Below are positions 30,579 through 39,997 of a stretch of DNA of 64,000 bases, piece after piece (positions within the stretch are counted from its first letter, which is position 1; each line of letters begins with the position of its first letter). Made by a program: the position numbers and the translations under genes. Below the pieces are notes generated by a model. The model searched no databases, had not been told where the DNA came from, and saw only the letters and a list, made by a program, of their open reading frames with translations. Source of the stretch: an uncultured Candidatus Poseidoniales archaeon (GTDB taxonomy: Archaea > Thermoplasmatota > Poseidoniia > Poseidoniales > Thalassarchaeaceae); contig CAJJBW010000007.1 in the NCBI GenBank assembly GCA_905182515.1, forward strand, positions 17,025-81,024, written 5' to 3'.

Positions 30579-30962
30579 TTGATGAAAGAACGAGATATTT
30601 TATTGATGGATGGCGATTGTGGATTATGCTCCCATGTGGCAAATTTTATGTATCCTCGTTTAGCCAATAAAGGTTCATTGCAGTTCTTATCAAATTCAAG
30701 CAAAGAAGGTAGAAAAATAATTTCTAAACTTTCCAAACAGTATCAAATTACAGACACAGTGTATCTAATTAGAAATGGTAAATGTCATATTAAATCAGGG
30801 GCTGCAGTTAGATGTTTACTCTATATGAGATGGCATTATAAGATATTTTTTCCATTATTTTGGCTTTATCCTTTGCCACTCAGAGACATAAAATATAGTA
30901 TTTTAGCAAGATATCGCCATTACTTCTTCAAAAGGCCGGCTTATTGTATTTTTCCAGATTAA
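30579..30962 (+). CDS. DCC-family (DUF393) thiol-disulfide oxidoreductase-like protein
   Basis: LLMDGDCGLCS matches the DxxCxxC DCC motif. 127 aa. Confidence 0.7.
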   Translation: MMKERDILLMDGDCGLCSHVANFMYPRLANKGSLQFLSNSSKEGRKIISKLSKQYQITDTVYLIRNGKCHIKSGAAVRCLLYMRWHYKIFFPLFWLYPLPLRDIKYSILARYRHYFFKRPAYCIFPD

Positions 30963-30974
30963 AAAAATATTTAT

Positions 30975-33002
30975 TTAGAATATTTTTAACAAATTTGAGA
31001 ATATTTTTTCAGTTGCCCCTGAGGATCTTGCTGCTAATCTGCGAACTATTAATTCAGGAGTAGATCTGGCAATATGATTTCTCTTAGGAGTCCTGTCAAC
31101 TATTAAGTCCATATTTTCATCTAAGCCTTGCGCTTCAATGCCGTCTATTCTAACTACATTACCCATTATTTTACTTATTGAAGGGCCAATATGAGTAACA
31201 AGTAAAATATTCGTGTCGGGATTATTATTAGATTCTGAAAGTAGACCTCCTAAGATAAGTGCTGCTGAGCCCGGTTCCGTAATTGCCTCTAATTCATCAG
31301 CAAGAATAATTTTTCTTTCATTTGAAACTAATATCTCAGCTAATCGGCGAAGAGTTCTTTCAAGAGCCCCTGCAGATTGAGTCCCAGATACTTTGGCCAA
31401 CATGTGTATTTCATCCAATAATCCAACTTTAGCTTCTGAAGCAGGAATTGGCAATCCACAATGAGTTAGAATGGTAATTATCCCTAGAGTCTCTAATAAT
31501 GTTGTTTTACCTCCTGAATTAGCCCCAGAAAGTAAAGCAATTCTATCCCTATCGCCTTCAATAGAAACTTGTCCAAAACCATATGTGATTGGATCGGGAG
31601 TACAATCTAGAAGGAGATGTCTTGCGTCTCGGACCCATATCCCTGGGTGTTCACGATTAATATCTGGCATTGAACATTTGTTATCAATTGCCCATAATCC
31701 AATTCCCAGCCACATATCTATCTCGATACAATGAGATATTGCCATATTGGATAAATTGATAATTTTCTGCGTTGCACTTGCGAGTGTGATCTCACCCTCA
31801 CTTCGTTCGATCATTATTTTCGAATCTATCTTATTTTCCATGTCCTCTAATACGTCTCGATTGATTACACATGGGTAATCATTTGAATAGATTTCAAAAG
31901 GTATATTTATTTGTGCTTTTTCTAAATATCTTTCTAATCTATTCCTACCTGCGTCTAGAGATTGTTCTATGGAATCGGCCACTGCTCCTTTAAGCCTCAC
32001 CTCAAGACTGGAAATATCTGAATAAAAAGAAAGTACTTCGTTTCCTTCAAATGAGAGTGATGTATCTGAAGTACTAGAAACAATAGAGTCATTAATCGCA
32101 CCTTCGATAGATTTTACTTCCCCCCAAAAACCATCACTAATTTTTTCTAGGTCCTCAAGCTGACTGGAATCATTTTTCATAGATTCTAATATTAAAGGAA
32201 TACCGTCCAAACCATCTAATGCATCTACTATTTTTTCGCCAATATAGTTTATTGGCCATTGAATATCTGCGAGGTCTGAAAGAATAGACAGATTTAGGTA
32301 ATTAGAATTAAGCCATTCTAGAGGAATTTCTGGCACCATAGAATATATTGGGTCATCTGATTTTGAGATGACCCAACCAGGAGGTATAATCGAAGGAGGA
32401 TTTTGGCCAATCCAAGTTACTTTGGGGAGTCCTAAATAATCCTTCCATGTTTCCTCTGAAGATCTGACTAAAACCCTGCATCTTCTACTTACATGATTTA
32501 AATTATCTAAAATAGAAGGATTTGGAATTACTATTACTCTATCTAAACGAGTATTAGTTTGAATTGTTTGGGCTAAATTACCTATTGATTTAATCCAAAA
32601 TTGCAATAAATCTGGAGAATCAGTAATGAAACGAATTGATTCTTCTGACCAATTTTGTCTTTCCTTAATTATATCAAAATTATTCCTATTTAGAGAGGAA
32701 AGTATTGCAAGCCGCTCTTTACCCGCATTAGTTTTAACATAAGTAGAAATTTGTTGAATTAATTCTTTATGGAGTTTGCGACTTTCTTCTGTACAAGTTA
32801 TTTCTTTTAAATTTCCATTTTTTGCATTAATTAATTTTACTGCCCTTTGAGGTGATATTCCCTCTATACTAGACAGTGTATTTACATCACCTTCATCCAA
32901 AATTCTTTCAACTTCTGATTCAGAACCAAGCATTTCAATTAATTTATTTGCAAGAGAATCCCCCACTCCAGGTAATTCAGTTAATCTCAACATAATTCCC
33001 AT
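30975..33002 (-). CDS. archaeal MutS-like (MutS2-type) ABC ATPase with N-terminal HhH region
   Basis: Walker A GANSGGKTT, MutS domain-V signature (ILADELEAITEPGSAAL; SxxTHxxEL-like LLVTHIG). The N-terminal helix-hairpin-helix LPGVGDSLANKLIE. No mismatch-binding domain I motif seen. Confidence 0.75.
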   Translation of the reverse strand: MGIMLRLTELPGVGDSLANKLIEMLGSESEVERILDEGDVNTLSSIEGISPQRAVKLINAKNGNLKEITCTEESRKLHKELIQQISTYVKTNAGKERLAILSSLNRNNFDIIKERQNWSEESIRFITDSPDLLQFWIKSIGNLAQTIQTNTRLDRVIVIPNPSILDNLNHVSRRCRVLVRSSEETWKDYLGLPKVTWIGQNPPSIIPPGWVISKSDDPIYSMVPEIPLEWLNSNYLNLSILSDLADIQWPINYIGEKIVDALDGLDGIPLILESMKNDSSQLEDLEKISDGFWGEVKSIEGAINDSIVSSTSDTSLSFEGNEVLSFYSDISSLEVRLKGAVADSIEQSLDAGRNRLERYLEKAQINIPFEIYSNDYPCVINRDVLEDMENKIDSKIMIERSEGEITLASATQKIINLSNMAISHCIEIDMWLGIGLWAIDNKCSMPDINREHPGIWVRDARHLLLDCTPDPITYGFGQVSIEGDRDRIALLSGANSGGKTTLLETLGIITILTHCGLPIPASEAKVGLLDEIHMLAKVSGTQSAGALERTLRRLAEILVSNERKIILADELEAITEPGSAALILGGLLSESNNNPDTNILLVTHIGPSISKIMGNVVRIDGIEAQGLDENMDLIVDRTPKRNHIARSTPELIVRRLAARSSGATEKIFSNLLKIF

Positions 33003-33082
33003 CGGAGTTTGGAGGTAATTAAGGAAAGCGGTAACAAATTAACAAAGGTATACTAATTAGAGGGTTAATTGAAAATACAACA

Positions 33083-33826
33083 TTAAGATAAGGCTTTGAA
33101 AATATAAAATATTCCACTAACAATAATTCCTGCCATTACTAAATTATGAACATAAGAATTTTTCATTGAATGTAGCCATTTTTTACCTAGTTGTATCCCG
33201 AGTAATGCTGCAATAACTAGAATTATTGTTAATTTCAGATGTATGATTATGTCATCATGTCTAAAAAATAAATACACAGGTATTCTTGAGACGTCGACAC
33301 ATAGAGCCAATACACTCGCCGTTGCAGCAAATTTCATCTTATCATTTAACCTTCTCGTAAGAAACATTGCGCGCAGTGCCCCTTGATGCCCCGAAATTCC
33401 GCCCATGAAGCCTGAGCCGAATCCACCGATCTTATCATTTGCCTCTGGAATCCTATATCTTGTCCAAGATTCGCTAATTGACGCCAATGGCAGAATTACC
33501 AAGAAAATGCCAATAGTTAGTAAGAGTGGTTTTTGAGGGACATTGTTCTGTAATAACGCACCTAAAATTGAACCTACAACTAACCAGAATCCATAATGCC
33601 TTATTGCCGAGTAGTCGACATGATCTCGCAAAGAAATGTATTTTCCTGCATTATGTGCGCCGTGTACCACTGCTACAACTGCAATTGCCTCATGGGGGCC
33701 CATCATTAGAAGCACTACTGGAGTCAATACTGTAGATAATCCAAAACCTGCAGGGACAGTCAAGGCTGCAGCAAAAAAAGCTCCAAAAAAGGCTATAACT
33801 ATTGTGTCCACACCATAATGGAGCAT
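33083..33826 (-). CDS. TauE/SafE-family sulfite/anion exporter
   Basis: Two-repeat polytopic membrane protein with the GxGGG-type motif (GFGSGFMGGISG). Confidence 0.7.
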   Translation of the reverse strand: MLHYGVDTIVIAFFGAFFAAALTVPAGFGLSTVLTPVVLLMMGPHEAIAVVAVVHGAHNAGKYISLRDHVDYSAIRHYGFWLVVGSILGALLQNNVPQKPLLLTIGIFLVILPLASISESWTRYRIPEANDKIGGFGSGFMGGISGHQGALRAMFLTRRLNDKMKFAATASVLALCVDVSRIPVYLFFRHDDIIIHLKLTIILVIAALLGIQLGKKWLHSMKNSYVHNLVMAGIIVSGIFYIFKALS

Positions 33827-34113
33827 TAATCATGAAATTAAATTTTCCATGATAAGATGATATTCCAATATGGATTAACAAATTAGTGTCTCAGAAAAAT
33901 CCATCTCATCATCCTAATAAAATTTAATTAATTGTAATAGTAAGGATATATATCGGCCGTCTCATCTTATACATCTTTTCCAATAAATAGTTTGACGCTA
34001 TCTAATATGTAATCTAGGTGTCAAGAAATCCATCTAATTAATATAAAGGTATTCATTTCATTTGGACTCTCCCCTAATTCTCCCTTTGATAGCTCATAAA
34101 ATCGTGAAAAAGA

Positions 34114-34797
34114 ATGAATAAGTATAGACAATCCTTCATAGGAGATACATTATCAGACCCATACATGGTAGAAGACATGAGAGTTGATTATAGAGATGGA
34201 GGTAGGATAGAAATTCCTGATAAAAATAAACCACTTCAAGTGTTGTTAAACTGGATTGAAGAAGCCAGAAGAAATGAACTGATTGAAGCTAATGCTATGT
34301 GTATTAGCACAATAGGAAAAAATGGTTATCCAAAAAGTAGAATGGTGCTAATTAAACATATTAATAACTTTGAAATTGGATTTTTCACAAACTTAGACAG
34401 TGATAAGGCAAATGAAATAAATGAAGATGGGCGTGTATCAGGAGTTATTTTTTGGCCCAAATTGGAAAGACAAGTTAGAATAACTGGAAGGGCTGTTTTA
34501 ATAAATAGGGATGCAGTATTGAAATATCACTTATCTAGGCCTAGGTCAAGCCAAATAGCAGCATATACATCTTCTCAGAGTCGCCCCTTGGAATCATTGG
34601 AACACTTGTTAAAAGAATTTGAAGAAACAGAAAACAGATTTCAAAATAAAGATATTCCACTTCCAAAACATTGGGGAGGTTACGTCATAAATATCGAATC
34701 AATAGAGTACTGGTCAGGTAGACCAAGCAGGCTACATGAAAGAGTAAAACTAGAGTTAATAGATAAAAGGTGGTTTGAAAGAAGATTGTATCCTTGA
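34114..34797 (+). CDS. pdxH: pyridoxamine 5'-phosphate oxidase
   Basis: FMN-binding split-barrel motifs and the C-terminal HWGGY...EYWSGRPSRLHER signature. Confidence 0.85.
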   Translation: MNKYRQSFIGDTLSDPYMVEDMRVDYRDGGRIEIPDKNKPLQVLLNWIEEARRNELIEANAMCISTIGKNGYPKSRMVLIKHINNFEIGFFTNLDSDKANEINEDGRVSGVIFWPKLERQVRITGRAVLINRDAVLKYHLSRPRSSQIAAYTSSQSRPLESLEHLLKEFEETENRFQNKDIPLPKHWGGYVINIESIEYWSGRPSRLHERVKLELIDKRWFERRLYP

Positions 34798-35096
34798 GCT
34801 AATGTAGTTTAATTTTCAAGAAGTACTTCTATTTCTTTGGATGCTAAAATCAGAGTGGGAGCCCAAAGGCCTACAAAAATTCCTAAATCGTGGTCCCCAA
34901 TAATGAAATATACATATAACGATCCTACTACTGATAACATACTTGCCATAAATCCAATTTTTGATATTTGTCCACTCATTTTTAACCACCTATTGGCACG
35001 CTTGCTGCTTGCTACCTAATAGTGTTATGCTTATTGCCATTAAAAAGTTATTATTTGGGAAAGTGATTATTTATCTAATAGACAGCATCGAGATAT

Positions 35097-35576
35097 ATGG
35101 AAGAATTGTATGCCCTAAGCGATGAAGTCATAAATAAGATGTTAAGAATTCCAGAATTGTATGACTTACCTGTCAATGAATTAAAAGATGTTTCTTTAGG
35201 TAAGTTACGTAAAAATAACAAAACCATGTTGGGCTGTTGTAGATTTAAAAAAAATAGTAGATGGATTAGAAAAAATATGAAAGGTGAAATAATCGACAAA
35301 GGAAAGGATTTTTGGCCATATCCTGATACTCTTGGTCCTAGCGATGTAAGAAAAATAGATATTCATCCAGATTTATTGGAAGCTAAATGGTTTCGTTTAG
35401 CAGCAAGTGTCCTTTACCACGAGTATTTACATGCACTGGGATTTAGACATTGCCCAACTTTCAGAAAATTGGAAGCATTGTGGCCAGATAAGGAGGCCAT
35501 ATTAGGCACTCGCAGAGTAAAATTAAAATCTCTGATGTATAATTCTTGGATCAATAGAAGATCGAGTAATCAATAA
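35097..35576 (+). CDS. SprT-like zinc metalloprotease domain protein
   Basis: MLGCCRFKKNSRWIRKN (SprT N-terminal pattern) followed by the YHEYLHALGFRH HExxH zinc motif. Confidence 0.55.
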   Translation: MEELYALSDEVINKMLRIPELYDLPVNELKDVSLGKLRKNNKTMLGCCRFKKNSRWIRKNMKGEIIDKGKDFWPYPDTLGPSDVRKIDIHPDLLEAKWFRLAASVLYHEYLHALGFRHCPTFRKLEALWPDKEAILGTRRVKLKSLMYNSWINRRSSNQ

Positions 35577-35623
35577 TAAAAAATATGTTTTTATTTCAAT
35601 TATGAAATATATTATTGTTCATA

Positions 35624-36691
35624 TCAGATTAGCCCATTGGAGAAAAAATTAACTAAATTTCCCTTGTATTCTTCAGATTCGCCCCATATGGCATCAACAT
35701 GACCTCTATTTGGAACATACCAAGTAGTAACGTTACCTCCTACTTCATCCATTTTCTCTTCAAAATTTTGAGAATGGAATATAGATACGCGGGTATCTTC
35801 GATACCATGAGTTAGAAAGACGGGCCTGGAGCCTGCATTTAATGCGGCTTCCATTGGAGACCGTGCATCTAATTCTACACCTACTAACCAGCCACCAACA
35901 GTAACAGCCGGGCCAGCAAAAATCTGAGGATACCCTAGTCTACCTAATTCATTCTTAACCAGTAAAGGAAAATCCAGAACAGCACTATCCAACCACATCG
36001 CACCAATTCCTGTCTCCTCTGCAAATGCTATCGCCGCCCCCCCTCCGGCTGAAAAAGCAGTCATGCCAATCTCCCCAGGACGGTATCCCTTTTCAGAAAT
36101 TAACCAATCATATGCACCCAATAAGTCAATATATTCTATTTGCCCTACTGCAAAATAATCATCAACAACATCACTTTCTCCATAATTTCTAAGATCGAAT
36201 GAAAGCGTATTTATTCCGCCTTCTGAAAGGAAGGATTGCATCAGTAACATTTCTGGTTTACACTTACCATTGGCTGGCATGCCGTGTGTTTGGATTACTA
36301 CTGGTGCAGTAGAATCAACCTCTACATACCATCCTTTTAGAGTGATGTCAGGATCTCCACGAGGATTAAAGGTAATATTTTGATATGAAGGCATTTGTAA
36401 ATTGGAAACATCAAAATTTTTACGAATAGATATCCTCTCTAGAGAGTCATTATATGGCTCAAAGCTCCTCCACTCATCATGTGTTGTCCAATCATCTGGA
36501 GTGTTGTTTGCCCAAATTCCGCACCCTGGATTGACAGATAATGATGCTGATGCCACCGCATATCCAATGCCGACATATGAGGTTGAAAATATAATAATGG
36601 AAGTCACTACTAAAGCAATAACTTGAGTAGTTGATAAATTATTTATTGGGAGTAATTTATTTTTTAAATTAACTAGCTTAAATCCGGCCAT
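35624..36691 (-). CDS. membrane-anchored alpha/beta hydrolase (dienelactone hydrolase / S9 peptidase-like)
   Basis: N-terminal TM anchor, FSAGGG nucleophile elbow, C-terminal His. Confidence 0.6.
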   Translation of the reverse strand: MAGFKLVNLKNKLLPINNLSTTQVIALVVTSIIIFSTSYVGIGYAVASASLSVNPGCGIWANNTPDDWTTHDEWRSFEPYNDSLERISIRKNFDVSNLQMPSYQNITFNPRGDPDITLKGWYVEVDSTAPVVIQTHGMPANGKCKPEMLLMQSFLSEGGINTLSFDLRNYGESDVVDDYFAVGQIEYIDLLGAYDWLISEKGYRPGEIGMTAFSAGGGAAIAFAEETGIGAMWLDSAVLDFPLLVKNELGRLGYPQIFAGPAVTVGGWLVGVELDARSPMEAALNAGSRPVFLTHGIEDTRVSIFHSQNFEEKMDEVGGNVTTWYVPNRGHVDAIWGESEEYKGNLVNFFSNGLI

Positions 36692-36746
36692 ATATAGATT
36701 GGGCAGAACTTAGACAAATTAAATCTTCTCAAAATTTAATTTAAAA

Positions 36747-37601
36747 TCATTCCCATGGATTTATTCTTATTACGTGATTAAGCATAATTTTTGTCGAACC
36801 GTCCGATTTAGCATTATCGCCGGCTTTTATTAACATTCTTCTGAGCCAACCCAACATCATTAAACTCTTTGCTCTCTCAAAATTCAACTTAATTTCTGAT
36901 GTTTTTCCAGAACGTATATTGCTCTGAAAGTCTTCTTGTAAATCGGCTGCGTGATCATAATAAACTAATAATAAGTCTTCTAATGCTTCTTCGTCAATTT
37001 TCATACCAGCAAGGTTTTTTGCCATTGATCTAATGCCTGAAGAAGTTAGGACAACCCCGACAATAGTGTTATCTAAATTTGTTTTTGAATCATTGTGATC
37101 ATTATCGGAAATTATATTTCTATCTTTTTGTGCATCATTATGAATTCCTCCGAAGGAATTCAATGCAGTTTCCAAATGCCTGTTTTTTATTGTATTCATT
37201 TTGTCTGCATCAGCGGAATCTGATGCTGCCAATAATATTCTCAAGAGGTAGGATTCGAGATTTTCATTGACGGCAACAACGGCGGCACTGCCTACTGAAT
37301 CTAATGATTTCACTGCCCCTATCATTAAACCTCTTGTCCTATTAAATCCGAGCCTAGTCCTATTTGGATCACCGAGCGTCTTACGTTGAGGCTCCAAAGA
37401 TAAAGTAACATCCTCCATTTCTGAAGTAAGGCGTTGTAGTTCGGTAACAAGTAATTCCACTAATTTGGATTTAACATCTCCCGATATACGCTTTTCAATA
37501 CCCACTCCGCTAGCCACGTCGCCAATATGAGAAGTTGCCCAAGGCTTTGCCATATAGCATGGAAGAGAATATCTTACTTGAATTATCTTGCTATCAACCA
37601 T
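36747..37601 (-). CDS. hypothetical protein (helical; possibly tandem histone-fold-like)
   Basis: 284 aa soluble ORF with no firm motif. Three segments have a helix-loop-long-helix character, but this is weak. Confidence 0.35.
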   Translation of the reverse strand: MVDSKIIQVRYSLPCYMAKPWATSHIGDVASGVGIEKRISGDVKSKLVELLVTELQRLTSEMEDVTLSLEPQRKTLGDPNRTRLGFNRTRGLMIGAVKSLDSVGSAAVVAVNENLESYLLRILLAASDSADADKMNTIKNRHLETALNSFGGIHNDAQKDRNIISDNDHNDSKTNLDNTIVGVVLTSSGIRSMAKNLAGMKIDEEALEDLLLVYYDHAADLQEDFQSNIRSGKTSEIKLNFERAKSLMMLGWLRRMLIKAGDNAKSDGSTKIMLNHVIRINPWE

Positions 37602-37612
37602 TAATAAAAAAT

Positions 37613-38152
37613 TTACTTAACAGTGCGAGAGCGCATTATAGATGCCAAAAACAAAATTATAAAAGTAGAAGGAAGTAGGAAATTAGGCATAGAATTGACT
37701 GGTTTATTTTCTTCTTTTTCTTCTTCTTCTTCTTCAATTTCAATAACAATTGGCGTAACGACAATAGTGCCTTCCATGCCCATTTGTTCATGAGGTTCGC
37801 AAATATAGGCGTAAGTTCCATTACTTCCAATTGGAAATTCAAAGGTAAAATCTATACTGGTCTCAGGGTTACCTGAATCAAAAAAACCATTTTCTTCTAC
37901 AGCATTATGAGCTAGAATTTCATCGCTCCAAAAGAACCGTACAGACTGTCCTTCTTCTATAGTGACTTCTGAAGGCGTAAATCTGAAATTAGTGCTATCT
38001 ACTGTTATTACTATAGTTTCAGAATTTTCATTTAATGCGATATAATTGCCTGAAACTCCATAAACATACATATTAGGAGTCAATAAAGAAAATAAAATAA
38101 GCATCAATAATGACTTACGCATATATTTGTCAACTACGCCATAGGATATCAA
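37613..38152 (-). CDS. type-1 blue copper protein (halocyanin/amicyanin-like cupredoxin) with poly-Glu linker and C-terminal TM anchor
   Basis: Signal peptide. Copper ligands are His in LAHNAV and the Cys-x2-His-x2-Met site in YICEPHEQM. EIEEEEEEKEEN linker, then a hydrophobic C-terminal helix. Confidence 0.7.
   Translation of the reverse strand: MISYGVVDKYMRKSLLMLILFSLLTPNMYVYGVSGNYIALNENSETIVITVDSTNFRFTPSEVTIEEGQSVRFFWSDEILAHNAVEENGFFDSGNPETSIDFTFEFPIGSNGTYAYICEPHEQMGMEGTIVVTPIVIEIEEEEEEKEENKPVNSMPNFLLPSTFIILFLASIMRSRTVK
37700..37745. repeat. (TTC)n / (GAA)n simple-sequence repeat encoding the poly-Glu linker of the cupredoxin
   Basis: ttcttctttttcttcttcttcttcttc on the plus strand. Confidence 0.8.
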
Positions 38153-38164
38153 ATAATGTTTTTT

Positions 38165-38425
38165 TTATAAATTAGAAATATTGAAATGGTTATCTAAAAT
38201 ATCAATAATCTTATCGCAGTTCTTGTTAACATCGAATAATGTATTATCAGAGGTATATATTAACAAAGACTCACCTGTTGTTGGTTGATCTGTTGGCTTC
38301 TGATAAGCACAGATTGTGTCAGTATTTATTCTAGTAGGCCCTACTTCAGTTTCAACTAATATCCACATGTTCATGAAGCCGTGCCGAATAAAATTTGCTT
38401 TTAATGATTTGCATATTAAGGGCAA
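38165..38425 (-). CDS. small hypothetical protein
   Basis: 86 aa ORF between the cupredoxin and MAPEG-like genes. Confidence 0.3.
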   Translation of the reverse strand: MPLICKSLKANFIRHGFMNMWILVETEVGPTRINTDTICAYQKPTDQPTTGESLLIYTSDNTLFDVNKNCDKIIDILDNHFNISNL

Positions 38426-38451
38426 TGAATATAATATGAGTATTCACGTTT

Positions 38452-38865
38452 TTAAATATTGAGATATAGTAACCATAGCCACATCATTAGAATAATTAAA
38501 CATGATATAATAAATACACGTGCTCGCCATAATAAGCGATTATTGGTCAATGATACATGAGCATGAATGCACCTTAAAAAGACATATAATATAGCCATAA
38601 ACAAGATTAATTGGTCAACTGTGTTAAGAGAAATTGCAAGAATGCCGGCTACAAAAAAAAACAATGGGGATTCAAATAGATTTACCAAATGTTGATCTGC
38701 TTGAAGTACGTAACGTGGAGGTTTTTCACCTTCAAATGTCTTAAAATATCTCCAGTTGAAGCCGTCTTTTACTGCCCTATCACGCCTCAAGCGTGCTATA
38801 GTTCCAACAAAAAGCGTAAGTAAGACCTGAGCAAACAATGGAATTAGCATTAATTCTCTATTCAT
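38452..38865 (-). CDS. MAPEG-like (microsomal glutathione-S-transferase-like) 4-TM membrane protein
   Basis: 137 aa. The four-helix topology and central QADQHLVNLFESPLFF segment resemble the MAPEG consensus (R..N.LEN.P.F). Confidence 0.45.
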   Translation of the reverse strand: MNRELMLIPLFAQVLLTLFVGTIARLRRDRAVKDGFNWRYFKTFEGEKPPRYVLQADQHLVNLFESPLFFFVAGILAISLNTVDQLILFMAILYVFLRCIHAHVSLTNNRLLWRARVFIISCLIILMMWLWLLYLNI

Positions 38866-38940
38866 AACATTACTACTGGCTTTAGATATATAATTATAAA
38901 CGTAGAAAAGGTAAAATACGGATATTCCTGAGATGTTGAT

Positions 38941-39276
38941 ATGGTACAGGATGTCGAAGGGATAATAGTAGTAAACACAGAGACCATACCAGGTAAACTA
39001 ATCACAGAAAGTTTTGGAGTTGTTAGTGGATCGACAGTTCGAGCAAAGCATATTGGAAGAGACATTACCCAAGGTTTTAAGAATATAATTGGAGGGGAAT
39101 TGCACAAATATACAGAATTATTGGAAGAATCTCGCACAGAAGCTTTGAGCAGAATGGTATCAGACGCAATAGCAAGAGGTGCAAACGCAGTTGTAAATGT
39201 CAGGTTTGCAACTTCAGCAATCACCCCTGGTGCTGCAGAATTATTTGCTTACGGGACCGCAGTTAAAATTGAATAA
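38941..39276 (+). CDS. YbjQ/UPF0145-family (heavy-metal-binding-like) protein
   Basis: 111 aa. Typical YbjQ pattern: IVVNTETIPG, GANAVVNVRF, ELFAYGTAVKI. Confidence 0.75.
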   Translation: MVQDVEGIIVVNTETIPGKLITESFGVVSGSTVRAKHIGRDITQGFKNIIGGELHKYTELLEESRTEALSRMVSDAIARGANAVVNVRFATSAITPGAAELFAYGTAVKIE

Positions 39277-39281
39277 TAACA

Positions 39282-39926
39282 TTGGTGATAATAATGCCTA
39301 CGCATAATTTTCAAATCAGGAATCCAGTGACAATATTACTCACAATTTTTATCATAGTTTTGAGTTTAGATCCTGTTTCAGCTCAGTCCAGTAACGCTTC
39401 TGTCAATATAGGCGAATTAATAGGAATACTTCTGCTAATCTTCGGAGTATTGGGAGTCATATGGGGATTAATTTGGATGTTTGCTTATCCTATTTTTCTT
39501 CTTTATGCTTTAATTTTTAGTGGTAAAAACCTTGATAATATGATCTTAAAAACTGTAGAGAGAGAAAGGGCGATAATATCAAAATTTGGAAAGGATATTT
39601 TATCAAATATTGATGGTGGTTTTCGTAAAGATGTTATCTCCTCAGGGATAGTTTGGGCAGGGGCAGTTTATGGGCCCAGTCATTGGCATCAATTACTTGG
39701 CAAATTATATAATTGGTTCGGGGGATCCATAGATATTTTTCAAAAGGTTATATCTGCAGGAAGGGCTGAATCAATGCAAAGATTGAGGGAAATAGCAATT
39801 GAAGAAGGTTGGGATGAAGTGATAAATGTAAGAATTGACACATCCCCTATGGCACCAGCTGCAGGCCGCAAGGGAATAAAGGCTGTAGAGGTTTTTGCTT
39901 ATGGCACTGGAATCAAATATAGTTGA
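39282..39926 (+). CDS. membrane-anchored YbjQ/UPF0145 domain protein
   Basis: N-terminal signal/TM helices plus C-terminal YbjQ-like domain (WDEVINVRIDTS, VEVFAYGTGIK). Confidence 0.6.
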   Translation: MVIIMPTHNFQIRNPVTILLTIFIIVLSLDPVSAQSSNASVNIGELIGILLLIFGVLGVIWGLIWMFAYPIFLLYALIFSGKNLDNMILKTVERERAIISKFGKDILSNIDGGFRKDVISSGIVWAGAVYGPSHWHQLLGKLYNWFGGSIDIFQKVISAGRAESMQRLREIAIEEGWDEVINVRIDTSPMAPAAGRKGIKAVEVFAYGTGIKYS

Positions 39927-39997
39927 CATGCTTAATAGCAGTTTTCAAAACATATGCGCCTCACGACCATACGTCTGACACAGCCCTTCCATAGGAT

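Noticed and set aside
37657-37842. ORF with a KKKKKKKKKK run
   Set aside because: An alternative-frame reading of the (GAA)n tract that encodes the cupredoxin poly-Glu linker; not an independent gene.
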